Assembly (NCBI GenBank): GCA_951406725.2
Contig: OX597817.1
Location: 146,444,001 to 146,508,000 of the forward strand
Length of the DNA stretch: 64,000 nt
Reading direction: 5' to 3'
Source of the DNA: Octopus vulgaris
Taxonomy: Eukaryota
Numbering within the stretch: position 1 is the first letter of the stretch; each line of letters begins with the position of its first letter. Below, piece by piece: positions 1-12,700 of this stretch. A program made the position numbers and the translations under genes. Under the pieces are notes generated by a model. The model searched no databases. It saw nothing but the letters and a program-made list of their open reading frames with translations, and had not been told where the DNA came from.

Positions 1-113
1 TTTGGAGTCAATACAAGAATAGGGAGATCATCATCATCATCTTCATCATCATCATTGTTTAGCGTCCGTGATGATGATGATGATGATCTCCCTATTCTTG
101 TATTGACTCCAAA
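1..113. repeat. perfect inverted repeat (arms at least 40 bp) around a (CAT)n/RTE-tail remnant
   Basis: 1-41 is the exact reverse complement of 73-113. Confidence 0.9.
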
Positions 114-780
114 AGGGTGAAAAGCAAGATCAATTTTGGTAGGATTTGAACTCAGAGTATGGTTAAAACTGTAATAATACCAGACTGGATGTCTTGCAAT
201 GTCTGTTTCAGATTTTGCATCCTTAATTCAAATCCCCACAAGACTACTTCAGTGATAAAGTCTATCAGCCTCACTGGCTCTCTATCTAATAAGTTATTGA
301 TGTTTAGCTCTAAGCCAAGCCTAACTGAACAGACCTGTGATCAAAGGTAGTCCAAGCATGGCTACCTCATCTCTGTAGGAGCATGTAAAATTACATAATC
401 TGTGTTTTTTTTATTTAAAATTGTTGATTGTGAAATAAAGGAGATTTGGCTGCTATTTTTGGTAGACTGACTATATAACAGCTTCCTTGATAGTTCATTG
501 AGGCTCCCTTATGAAGTATGGTGGTCACGTCATTTAAGCTGTGAGAATAATATATTATCACGAACAATATTTGTTATATAAAATGTCAGAAGCTATTCCC
601 AATAGATTAAGCTTGAAGGAGGTAAAATTCAGCATTTTAAATTTTTGGTTACTTTGTAAGGATGCAAACTTCACCAAAAGATTGTTTCTGCATAACATGT
701 GCAAATGCTAACACTATACATTGTCGTCTGTATTACATTTCATTTCTCTTAGTAACTTCACAGAAATACTACATTATAAC

Positions 781-876
781 TTTATTAAAAATTCTACAAT
801 ATTTCCCACAACACTCAACTATAACACCTTAAAACCTTTTGTCACTTCATATCAAATTTCTCTCTGTCTCTTTCTT

Positions 877-907
<31 letters not shown>

Positions 908-1351
908 CCCTCACCTGTATATAGAAACCAACCAGTTTCACTAAAGAAAAAATAAACAAAAGAACCGTTTATGTTAACTCTGCTCTAATGCACCAAATTA
1001 CAAATTATCGAACCTGACGAAGAAATTATCTCCCTTTATAATATCATTTTAAACCATTATTGTCAGCCTGACAAACTATAATTTGTTTTGCCTATGGCTC
1101 TTCACGAACAAATTTTACATAACTTATATATTTGGAATATTACAAGTAGAAGAGATATATAGAGTAAACTAATCACTTTTTGGTTTGGTTTATATGGTAG
1201 CTTACTGAATTCTAAACTGAAATCTTTGTGGAGAAGTGAAGAGAGCTCTCAAGACTGGAAGTGGAGAAATTATGTCATGTCAAAAAGTTGGACATTTGAA
1301 CAGCCTCTTTCTTCATCAGGACATCAATGGGAATAAACGTGTGGAAGGGAT
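781..1351 (-). other. candidate terminal exon / 3' UTR of the kinase gene
   Basis: Acceptor tattttccctcacag before 1351; stop at 1316 (phase 0) or 1275 (phase 1); minus-strand AATAAA at 781-786; mostly non-repeat sequence. Confidence 0.4.
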
Positions 1352-1872
1352 CTGTGAGGGAAAATAGTTTTTGGCTAAAGGTTGGGGTAATGTACTCTGC
1401 TTTGAGTTTGTCTTGACGTAAGAGCATCGTTATTTTTTACCTTATCCTTCTACAGTCTTACTAAAGTCTACGCGGGCTATTTTTATTCTTCTAAAACAGA
1501 GATGAGCAGATGTATTATCCTTTGTCACGAAGGAACACACGTACATTGTTGTTGTAGTGCATCAAATGCATTCAAGTTTTCTAAATATTCTGACATTCTT
1601 TTGATTTGCTACAAAAACTCATGACACACAATTATCAGGGTTTTTTTGACAACATTATCATAGTCCCCTGGGTAGAACAATGCCATGGGGTCACTATATA
1701 CACAACCACAGCTTGCATTGTGGTTGAAAAATTCTGTCATAGAATTTCCAGGGTTGATTTAATGGGTCGCTGGGCCCAAGTGGAATATATTGAGCTTACC
1801 GATTGTGATTCAACGTCGGTTTAACTACACCCTTGTTCAGAGCTCATTTGTATATGACAATTATCCCCCTCA

Positions 1873-1937
1873 TACTACTACTACTACTGCTACTGCTGCT
1901 GCTACTACTGCTACTTCTACTGCTGCTGCTACTACTA

Positions 1938-1982
<45 letters not shown>

Positions 1983-2020
1983 TCACCGCTGCCACCACTG
2001 ATACCACCACTACCATCACA
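1873..2020. repeat. (CTA/CTG/CCA)n trinucleotide microsatellite
   Basis: Directly visible; source of the poly-T/L/S ORFs. Confidence 0.95.
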
Positions 2021-2534
2021 GTTGTAATTTACTATCAATGAAACATGCAAGAAATAAATAAAGATTAATTACGCTTTCAAGATTTTTTTTCTTTTTTCCT
2101 CCTTTTTCGCATGTTTCTGAAGAGAAAAAAAGAAGAGAGAATAAATTAAATAAAGCAAAAAGAGAATGGCTGTTTATAGACATTGATATATTGTTTTTTG
2201 TTTTTAGTTTTCATTTTTACAACTAATTTGTACCAAGGCCTTAGTCTAGTGTTTTTTATACTTTTGATTTCATTATTTCTAAACCATTTCTCCAAGCTAA
2301 CATATATGGAATGGTCTTTGAAAATGAGGACATTTGCATATGTTTGAAGTAATAAAAATATGTTTTTTTAACATTTACTGTACAACTTTAAAGACAGTGT
2401 GGAACCTGTTGCTAGACAAGTAAATAATTCAATACAGGGACTGCAACTAGTTAGAATGTGATGACTGGAGGGAGCTGTTTGGATTCTGCTGATCTGGTCT
2501 GACTGACTGGACATTCAGCTTGTTTTGATAGAAG

Positions 2535-2575
<41 letters not shown>

Positions 2576-3465
2576 TACTGAGAAAGATAGATAGATAGAT
2601 ATTAAGTACACAAACTAGCTGTTCACATATAAAAAGAGAGAGAGGGAGAAAGAGGAATGGAGAGAAAGAAAGAGGGAAGGAGAGAGAGGGAGAGAAAAAG
2701 ATTACAATTTATTAATTGAAAATGATTGACAAAAACACTTCCCCTCTCTTCATACACATAAAGAGAAATATAAATAAATAAATAAATAAATGTGACCTTT
2801 TAAAGCCTAGCCAGGCTCATGGGCCCGGTTTCTATGGCAGATGTGTTCTCCAGCTGGACGGAATGCCAGTCTATTGCAGTGTTACTCATTTTTGCCAGCT
2901 GAGTGGACTGGAGCAACGTGAAATGAAGTGTTTTGCTCAAGAACACGTGTTGTCTGGTCCAGGATTTGAAACCACAATCTTACGATCATGGTGCTGACAC
3001 CCTAACCACTAAGCCACGCACCTCCACAAAGAGAAATATACTCACAGAGAGAGAGAGAGAGAAAGAGAGAGGGAAGCAAACTTCTCAACCACACAGCCAC
3101 ACCTGCACCTATATTTTATCATTTATTGATTAAATTATTTACATATTGTTAGTACCCTTTCATATATATTGTTTTAGTTTAATAGTTACTCAATTAGGTT
3201 GCTATAACTAATTAGTTGTGAAATATCAGTGACAAACCAAAGAAGGAAAGGGAAGATTTCATATTTGGAGCCATAAGATCCTGTTTCAAAAATGGAACCA
3301 AAACAGACTTGGTACTCATTTGTAGACAAAATACCAGCTTACTACAGAGGAAGTTCAGTTGGGAAAGAACAATTTCAGAAAAGCATAACATCAAAAACTA
3401 TAATAACAAGCTTAACATAAGAAAAAGATAAAGCAGAACAACAAAAGTAATATATTTATCTCAAA

Positions 3466-3827
3466 CTAGCAGTATCGCCCGGCGGTTGCTCGGGTTTGTT
3501 TCAACCCTTTAGAATTGGAATTTTTTAAAGTAAAAATTTTGCATTATGTAGCTTGTTATTCTCTTTAAGTGAACAATTTTCTGGTTGAAATACACTGAAA
3601 AATGGCAACACAGCAGTCAAAAAATCGTAAAAAATAGGGATTTTTATAGAAAAAAAGCACCATTTTGATGTAAATAATTTTTGGTGTTAACATGGTCCGA
3701 TTAGAATTCTTCTATCATACTCTCAATTTTGGTCAACTTGCACCGCAGGGTCTCGGAGGAGATAGTGTTAGTTGAAGGCTAGCAAGCCTGCCATACACAG
3801 ACAACTTCAGCTTTATATATAGAGAGA
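3466..3827 (-). mobile_element. non-autonomous Helitron (about 390-bp family), copy 1
   Basis: 5' TC, 3' GC-rich hairpin CCCGAGCAAC..CGGG about 10 nt before CTAG, inserted between A and T, no TSD. Confidence 0.8.
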
Positions 3828-4746
3828 TAATTGTCATGACTCTCCCTAGACACAAAATGTTATGTAACTGTAATATCTATGTCAGCAAACAGTTATGATC
3901 TAATAATAGTTACATAGTTATGCTATCACAAGTGAAGGCACATGGCTCTGTGGTTAGAGCGTCGGGCTTATGATTGTAAGGTTGTGAATTCAATTCCCAG
4001 ACCGGGCTGAGTGTTGTGTTCTTAAGTAAGACACTTTATTTCACGTTGCTCCAGTTCACTCAGCTGTAGAAATGAGTTGCGATGTCACAGGTGCCAAGCT
4101 GTATCGACCTTTGCCTTTCCCTTGGATAACATTGGTAGCATAGAGAGGGGAGGTTGGTATGCGTGGGCGACAACTGGTCTTCCATAAAAACAACCCTAGG
4201 TTGTGTGTTCGCCAGTGACGTGTCTTTTTGCCTAGACTTGTAACCCGGAATGACTAAAAGAGTATGAATGCAATTTCTGAAGTAACATTATTTGACAGGA
4301 TGCATAGCTTGGAGATCAACAAGTCTCTCCACTCTCCAGGTTGAGCTACTGCTTCTCTGCATTGAGATGTCACAGCTCTGGTATTCTGGACATGTGATTA
4401 GAATGTTGCAGGAATGAATCACAAGACATATAAACCAAAACTCAGTTCACTGTAGAATGATCTGCAGTAGTTGTTACAGGTCTTCAACAATCACTACACA
4501 CACCTTACCAATGAAACTGTAAGAGATACAAACAGGGACTAAAACCAAGAACTTGTACTGATTATACTCTACACATTAATTGCACTTTGACATATATTAG
4601 TTGCAGAACGTAGTGGTGACCATTGTCCAAAAGAGGTGTTAGATAATAAATTAGCATTCCTCAAAATTATACATTTCCAGTAAGTATTGAAACTGAGAGA
4701 AATATTTTTAATAAAAGACAATCTGGTACATCAGTTTATATCTTAC

Positions 4747-4779
4747 CTGGGACTCCGTATTTGTGTAGCCCCGCATGAA
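4747..4779 (-). other. candidate 33-nt micro-exon of the kinase gene (alternative C-terminus or 3' UTR)
   Basis: Acceptor tttttccttccaacag and donor CAG|gtaaga are both near consensus. Reads FMRGYTNTESQ (phase 0) or HAGLHKYGVP (phase 1). Confidence 0.55.
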
Positions 4780-5084
4780 CTGTTGGAAGGAAAAACAACA
4801 AAGGAATATTACAATTGTTATCTAAAATGTTATGAGAAAAATAATATTGTTTTCAAATTCCGACACAAGGCCAGCAATTTTGGTAGAGAGTGTAAGTCTA
4901 TTACATTGACCCAAGTACTCAACTGGTACTTATTTTATTGACCCTGAAAGGATGACAGGCAAAGCCAATCTTGGCATTATTTGAACCTATCAAATGTGTT
5001 GAGTGCCACTTTTTGTTTGTCCACTCATATACATATACATATATATATATATATATATATGGATGGATATATATGGATGGATGT

Positions 5085-5953
5085 GTAATGTCAGTGTACT
5101 TACTCGACAGAGCGTTAGTACCTTGAGGGAAATGTTGTACCTAAGAAGCATCAGTTGTGGTGTGCAAGAGAGACGATTGCGCTGGTATGGTCATGTGGCG
5201 AGAATGGATGAAGATAGGTGTGTGAGAAAGTGCCAATCCCTAGCAGTTGAGGGAACCCGTGGAAGAGGTAGACCCAGGAAAACCTGGGACGAGGTGGTGA
5301 AGCACGACCTTCGGACGTTAGGTCTCACCATGGAAATGACTAGAGACCGAGACCTATGGAAGTATGCTGTGCGTGAGAAGACCCGGCAAGACTAGTGAAG
5401 CCATAATCCGTGGCCCCTACCTGGGACGTAGTCAGTCCACCTGTGCATACCTTCCTTCTTGTGACACTTGTTGAAGACCTGTTGAGGCAAGTGAGAACCG
5501 AATCAAATCAAATCGAACCAAATCAAAATAGATGTACATCAATGGAATTTGTACCCTTGTGGTACCAGTGCCGGTGGCACATAAGAAAACCACCCGAACG
5601 TGACCGTAGCCAGTACCGCAACGACTGGCCTCCGTGCTGAGGGCACGTAACAAACACCATCCGAGCGTGGCCGTCAGCCAGCCTCGTCTGGCACCTGTGT
5701 CGGTGGCACATAAAAAACACCATCCGAGCGTGGCCGTCTGCCAGCCTCGTCTGGCACCTGTGTCGGTGGCACATAAAATCACCCACTACACTCTCGGAGT
5801 GGTTGGCGTTAGGAAGGGCATCCAGCTGTAGAAACACTGCCAGATCTGACTGGCCTGGTGCAGCCTTCGGGCTTGCCAGACCCCAGTTGAACCGTCCAAC
5901 CCATGCTAGCATGGAAAGCGGACGTTAAACGATGATGATGATGATGATGATGA
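5085..5953 (+). mobile_element. 3' end of RTE-clade LINE (ORF end, long 3' UTR with about 61-bp tandem units, (GAT)n tail)
   Basis: RRLRWYGHVARM...RGRGRPRKTW motif. The tail GGACGTTAAACGATGATGAT recurs at about 16200, 17270, 21610, 23730, 24830, 25890, 31230, 35630, 51790 and 54390. Confidence 0.85.
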
Positions 5954-6831
5954 TATGTATATATATATATATATATATATATCATCATCATCAGAGATAT
6001 GCTGTGCTTGAGAAGACCTGGCAAGTCAAGTGAGATTGTAGCTGCGGCCAATGCCAGTGTCGTAAACTGGCCCATTTAAAAGCACCTGTCAATCGTCAGG
6101 TGATATGCCATGCTTGTGAAGACCTGTTGTGAAATGGTAGTCATGGCCGATGCCAGTGCCACCTGACTGGCACCCATGCCAGTGACATGTAAAAAGCACC
6201 ATTCGAGTGTGACTGATGCCAGTACCCACTGACTGGTACCCGTGCTGGTCATGTGCCACTGGCACAGAAGCCAGTCAAGGTGGCGCTGGCATCGGCCACA
6301 TTCGGATGGTGCTTTTTACATGCCACCGGCACAGGTATCACAACTACAATTTCCATTTGATATTTATTTTGATGTTGATGTACTTGTGAATAAATAAGCA
6401 TTACATTAGAGAGAGAAATCTGAATGCTAAAGGGTTAATGTATATAAAATTTCAGTTTCTTGTCAGTTTTCCCACTACCCACTGCACAGCCATCCGTACA
6501 CATACAGCAGACTACTTCAGTGATACAACCAGACCTTCATGTCTAGCACTACTTTTAGCTAACATTTAGGTTTCTGGACTAAAGCTAATTATTTCAAGAA
6601 GCAAACTTTAATCTATGAAATTTCAACTATTTCTGCTATTAGCTTATCAGTATACAAACATTTCCAAGGACACACAGTTCTGAATTCTTTTGTGGCTGAA
6701 CTAGTATGACTATGAAGAGAAGCGGGTGCTGAACAGAACTCTGGTGTATACCCACAAGATTATCCACCATGTTTCCAACAACAACCTTGGGCACCTTATT
6801 TTAATTCCATATGTCTAACACCTGTGGACAT

Positions 6832-7083
6832 ACAGTTCTATATTTAAGAGATGAGGAATTATGTACATCATTTACATTTGACGGATATTTGCCTTCATCT
6901 TGATTGTTGTTAACACAACATTTCAGCTGACATACCCTCCAGCCGTCATCAGGTGTCTTGGGGAAATTTTGAACCCGGGTTCTCATTCCTAAGGTATTTT
7001 TCGTTGTTGTTGTTGTTGTTATTATTTAGGTCACTGCCTGGAATCGAACTCGGTTAGTAGCCCATGCTCTTAACCACTACCCA
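6832..7083 (-). mobile_element. tRNA-headed SINE-like element with hammerhead-ribozyme-containing tail (copy A)
   Basis: B box GTTCGATTCC (7049-7040), (AAC)n linker, then GACAC-CTGATGA-C-GGCTG..CAGCT-GAAATGT-T-GTGTT at 6957-6912. Confidence 0.75.
6912..6957 (-). ncRNA. minimal type I hammerhead ribozyme motif
   Basis: Same architecture as 7277-7322 on the opposite strand; stem II closed by G-U. Confidence 0.6.
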
Positions 7084-7179
7084 TGGGCATATGGAGTAGT
7101 GGTTATGAGCATGGGCTACTAACCTCAAAGTTCCAAGTTCGATTCCAGGCAGTGACTGGAATAATAACAACAACAACAA

Positions 7180-7211
<32 letters not shown>

Positions 7212-7369
7212 ACAACAACATCATCATCATCAAAAAATATCTTAGGAATGAGAACCCAGGTTCAAAATTTCCCCAAGACACCTGATGAAGGCTGGAAAGT
7301 ATATCAGCCGAAATGTTGTGTTAACAACAAACAAGATGAGGACAAATATCTGTCAAATGTAAATAATGT
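7084..7369 (+). mobile_element. tRNA-headed SINE-like element with hammerhead-ribozyme-containing tail (copy B, inverted relative to A)
   Basis: A box TGGAGTAGTGG 7092-7102, B box GTTCGATTCC 7137-7146, (CAA/CAG/CAT)n linker, hammerhead core 7277-7322. Confidence 0.75.
7277..7322 (+). ncRNA. minimal type I hammerhead ribozyme motif
   Basis: Stem I GACAC/GTGTT, CUGAUGA core plus one extra A, stem II GGCTG/CAGCC, GAAA, no true stem III (ATGT in place of palindromic ACGT), NUH=GUU. Confidence 0.65.
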
Positions 7370-8251
7370 ACCTGTGGACATGCTTACAAAATCAGAAAAC
7401 AACACAGCACCCATGACTTTCTGAAACATTTTTCCATGCTCAGAACTGCTGAAGCATGGAATAAACTACCTGCATCAGTTGTTAGCTGTCAAGACACTAC
7501 ATCCTTCAAATCTTTCATGTTTCCTGAAATTCACCAACAGTGTACCTGATGCCCTCCACCTTTTCTTTTTCCCTGTCCACTTCCAGTGTATTATTCTATG
7601 TACTGGTCATGCACTTTTGCCTACTTTTTCTGAGGAGTTCCAGTGCACCTGAGCACTGTATGCAATTAGTTCACTGTTATTATTTCTCACTTAATTCACT
7701 TCTAATTCTAAGCCTATTTTTAGCAATCACAGGCGTAGCTGTGCGGTAGAGCAGTCAGCTTCCTAGCCACATGATTTGGAGTTCAGTCCCACTGCATGGC
7801 ACCTTGAGCAAGTATCTTCTACTGCAGTCCCAGGCTGACCACAGCCTTGTGAGTGGGGGGACAAACACACACACACCCGCACACACACACATATATACAT
7901 GACGGGCTTCTTTCAGTTTCCATCTACCAAATCCACTCACAAGGCTTTGGTCAGCCTGAGGCTATAGTAGAAGACACTTGCCCAAGGAGCCATGCAGTGG
8001 GACTGAACCTGGAACCATGTGGTTGGTAAGCAAGCTACTTACCACACAGATGCAATTCTATAATTTTGATATTTTATACAGAAAGCTGTTACACATTGTT
8101 AGAAAGTGAAGAACTGTGTCAACAAAATGAAGCAGACAAAATATCTTTGACAAATAAATTCAGCTGTGGATGCTTTACATAATAAATAATAATATCTAAG
8201 ACAGACAAGCGACAAGTCTAATCTAATTTAACAGATGATACATCACCTCGT

Positions 8252-8269
8252 TTAGTTTTTAACTGGTTT
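8252..8269 (-). CDS. candidate last coding exon KPVKN-stop
   Basis: Strong acceptor ttttccttttctcttacag; TAA at 8254-8252 in phase 0; possible weak donor GAG|gtgatg after 8247. Confidence 0.5.
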   Translation of the reverse strand, partial: KPVKN

Positions 8270-8681
8270 CTGTAAGAGAAAAGGAAAACAAACCTAAGAG
8301 ACATGAACTGAAATATTACAAATCCATGAAGATACATCACTATGATCGCTGACATTGTAGATTTAGCTTGCTTTGCAGCTATGTGGTTTCAGGTTCAATC
8401 CTACTCTGCAACATCTTGGGCAAGTGTCTTCTGTCAAACCCCTGCATCGATCAATGTCTTGTGATTGAATTTGGTAGATGGAAACTGGGTGTATCTATAT
8501 GTATATATATATGTGTGTTATATATATATATATATATATAGGTTAAGTGATTGAGATTCTAGTGAATTCTAAAGAATTCACATAAATATGGTCCTTAACT
8601 AGGATGCACCGGATATCTATATGGTGTTAGCCATACGATAAGTGGGGTGATTATAAATAGGAAAAAAGCAACAAGAATGGA

Positions 8682-8722
<41 letters not shown>

Positions 8723-9672
8723 GGGACGTGGAACAAGTATAGTGTTATTGGACGCTCAGGAAAGGAAAGAAAGAAGGAGGATTTAATGTTTTGAGCGGAG
8801 CTCTATGTCAGAAACATAGGAAAAGGAAAGATCCAAGGAAGGGAAGACGGAGGAAAAAAAATTGCCAATGATACACACACGGTCACATATATATGTGTGT
8901 GTGAGTATCTATCTATCTATCTATATATATATATGTATATATAGTCCACGCTATGGGGTAGTTTGTATTAGGAAGGGCATCCAATGGTAAAACCCATGCC
9001 AAAACAGACACAGTAGCCTAGTGTAGTCTTCTACCTGGCCAGCTCCTGATTCTATATCTGCTGTAGCATGGTTCCTGCAGCTGGATGTCCTTCCTGACAC
9101 AATCAGAGTGTACTGAGTGCTTTTTACATGGTACCAGCACCAGTGAGATCGCTAAGTACCTGCAAGTTAAGACCCCTCAAATGAACAGGGTACAGACACA
9201 CTCACACAAGCTTGTTCCAGTCTCAGTCAACCAAATTCAGTCACAAGAGTTTGATTAACTTGGGGCTGTAATGGAAGACACATTCACAAGGTGCCACACT
9301 GTAGGACTGAACCTGAGACCATATGGTTAAGAAGCAAGCTTCTTAACAACACAGCCATGTCTGTGCCTATAGTGTGGATTAATTTTTCAGGTATAATGTA
9401 TGGATTAATTGAGAAATATACTTACAGGGTTTGTTAAGCAGCTATTTAATTCCTGGATATTTTCAGTAAGGCTTTTGGTTTCTTCATGCATCTCACTTAG
9501 CTGTCGGTCGGTTTCCAGATAATCTCTGATTAGAAAATAAAACATATTTTTGAAATTTGTCATAAAAGAAAGATAATGCCACACTTTGGTTTATCAAGGT
9601 ATCAGTATGGAAAGGATAAGACGAAGCCAGTGAAAATGCGTGTGTGTGTGAGTGAGTGAGTGAGTGAGTGGG

Positions 9673-9731
<59 letters not shown>

Positions 9732-12700
9732 TAGGGGAAGGGGAAAATGAGAAATAAAAGTTAAATAAAAACATGATAAAAACACCATAGCCTACAAGAA
9801 CTGTTCAACAATTGACTTTAAAAGCCAGAGTTGGCCAACTACAACACACCTTTCTGCCACATGTTGCAGTACCTTATCTCCTTTGTAAAGTCTAATATTC
9901 TAGTATCAGAGCTCGGTATCTCTTACCTTCCGCTTTTGCATTCTCCATCCACATGGATCACCTGGCAGTTCCTTACCAACCTCTCATCCTTCATATGCAT
10001 CACAGGTTCATACCAGTGCAGTATTCCTTCTTGTATACTAATCTGATTCCTCTTAAATCGAAACTGTATCTATCGAATTTGACTTTGTCGTCTTGAATAA
10101 ACTTTGCTATAGCTCTCTCTCCCTCTTTCACTTTTGTACTTAGTCCACTTGCTTCAGATTCCTGTAAATTCCCTCTTTATTTCATAATTACATTTTTAGC
10201 AGTTTTATTTTTGCTATGAACTCAGTTAGAGGAAGAAAGCTAGTATCTAAAAACACCACAAACAGTGGGAGGCAGTTAGCCTCAGACTACAGACCTGGTC
10301 TCAATGCTTGCAAATAAGTGCACTCCCACCAGAGAACCAGAGCCAGATGGTGGTGCTAAACTGGGTGACAGATAAGGTCAAGCATCTAAAACTTTATATT
10401 TATGCTCTGAGTTCAAATCCTGCCAAAGTCAACATCACCTGACATTCTGTCAGGGTTGATAAAATAAGATATCTGTCATGTAGTGAGATTGATATCAATG
10501 ATTGCTCCCTTATCCCAAATTTGAAGTCCTGCGCCTAAGTAAGAAAACAATATTAACCCTTTCAATGCTAACCCGGCTGAAACCAGCTTTGGTTCTGTAA
10601 TACAAATGTTTTGTTTTCATAAGTTTTGAATAAAAATCTTCCACCAAACCTTAGTCACAATCTATATTCCTAACACTAGTTTAATGATAATGAAGTCATT
10701 TTACTAAATTCTTTGTTATATTTAAAGTAATTGAAATAAACACAGAGCATCTCAAAATAAATACAGTAACATAAAGGTTAACTAAGTATCTACCGCACAC
10801 TAACTCATGTAAATGTTATCAACATCTCACCACACTGAAGTTCCTTCAGCTTTGTGGTTTTAATATACTAAATCACTAAAAATTCCTACAGCTGATTTTT
10901 GCTTAAAATTTACAAAGAGTAGGTCATTTTTCATTTGTGTACATCTTTTACTGATGAAAACACCTTCCATCTTCCCCTTATTCTCCTCCAGATTTCAGCA
11001 TCTTGGTTGGCACATATTCACAAAGTGTCCCAAGGAGATAATATTCCTTTGTCTCCTCAATTTCATCGTTTCCCACGTCTATTCAACCTTGTGTTAATAG
11101 CACAGTCCGACATGTATCTTTACTACCCACAAGGGGCTAAACACAGAGAGGACAAACAAGGACAGACAAATGGATTAAGTTGATTACATCGACCCCAGTG
11201 CATAACTGGTACTTAATTTATCGACCCCGAAAAGATGAAAGGCAAAGTTGAACTCGGCGGAATTTGAACTCTGAACGTATCGGCAGATGAAATACGGCTA
11301 CGCATTTCGCCCGGCGTGCTAACGTTTCTGCCAGCTTGCTGCACAGTCCTACCTGTGCTTTTACACACAAGTGAGATGTGATCTACAAAATTGGAAGAAC
11401 ATCAATTGGCTACAACCCAAAGGGAAGGTTCATGCTAGCAATATCATTGCAAGAGCATATCCAAAATGAGGACATTTGAGAACAGTGGTGTGAACAATGT
11501 GATCACAAAATACAAGAATACAAGTTCTGCTAGGCAGACATGTTGCAAGGTTCACAGACAATAGGTAGACCTGTGCAGTTGTTGAGATTGGAAAAGGTCA
11601 TTTGGAAGACCTCCATGGTGATGGAAAGAGGATTTAGTGAAATGAATTATTTGGAAGTGCATTGTGATCAGCGGTGTATAACAACATCTGATAGTCTAGT
11701 CAATACAAATTATCCATATTACATCCACGGCTATTATTAGCAATCTGAGGGTGGTGAGCTGGCAGAAACATTAGCACGCCAGGTGAAATGCTTAGCGGTA
11801 TTTCGTCTGCCGTTATGTTCTGAGTTCAAATTCCGCCGAGGTCGAATTTACCTTTCATCCTTTCGGGGTAGATAAATTAAGTACCAGTTACGCACAGGGC
11901 TCGATGTAATCGACTTAATCCGTTTGTCTGTCCTTGTTTGTCTCCTCTGTGTGTAGCCCCTTGTGGGCAGTAAAGAAATAGGTATTTTTCTTGTCACTAC
12001 TTTCTGAGTTCAGATTCTGCTAAGGTCGACTTTACCTTTCATCCTTTTGGGGTCGATAAATTAAGTACCAGTTAAGTACTGGGGTTGCTATAATCAACCA
12101 TCCTCTCCCCCAAATTTCAAGTATTGCACCTATAATACAGAGGATCATTTAACAATCTTTCATGAAGGCTCCACATTTCTTTGTTTTATTTCTTCACCAC
12201 AGAGACAAATCCACTGATGTCATTTGAACCAGGCTTGCTGTGATTAATCCTGACTCACATTCTCATCATTTAAAAAACTCTCCACTTTTATTGTCTTAAA
12301 GCATTAGTAAAACTTCTACTCACTGGGAAAATAATGTTTTGACATCTTGTAATCATAAACAGTAAACAGAGAAATAACATTGGGGCTAATTAATATATAA
12401 GAAATTAATTAACTTTCATTGGGAGGGAAACATTGCATGAAAGCATGCTTTCAGCTTTATAGTAATTGAAGTAAATGATTCAGAAGTTAATTTGTTAACT
12501 CCTTTTTTTTTTTTTTACTTGTTTCAGTCATTAGAGTATGGCCATGCTGGGGCCCTGTCTTGAAGAATTTTTAGTCGAATGTATCAACCTCAATCCTAAT
12601 TTTTTAAAACCTGGTACTTATTCTATCAATCTCTTTTGCTGAACAGCTAAGTTACAGGGACATAAACACACCAACAGCATGTGTAAAGTAGAGGCGGGGA

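Larger units (their letters stand above)
6660..7600 (+). mobile_element. degenerate CR1-type LINE 3' end, interrupted by the SINE pair
   Basis: Remnant of TRGH...WNKLPxSVV...SFK; related remnants at about 15000-15410 and 46870-47100. Confidence 0.55.

Noticed and set aside
1790-2050. Poly-Thr, poly-Leu and poly-Ser ORFs
   Set aside because: Translations of a trinucleotide microsatellite; no splice or homology support.
7084-7155. Functional tRNA genes at SINE heads (also 3934, 37831 and about 49110-49185)
   Set aside because: A/B boxes are present but the acceptor stems do not pair, and each head runs into a SINE body.
9860-10060. Extra kinase exon (gtaaga donor near 9926)
   Set aside because: The sequence is a decayed RTE 3' end (WY..VM.M...R motif) with stops, and it is not needed for phase continuity.
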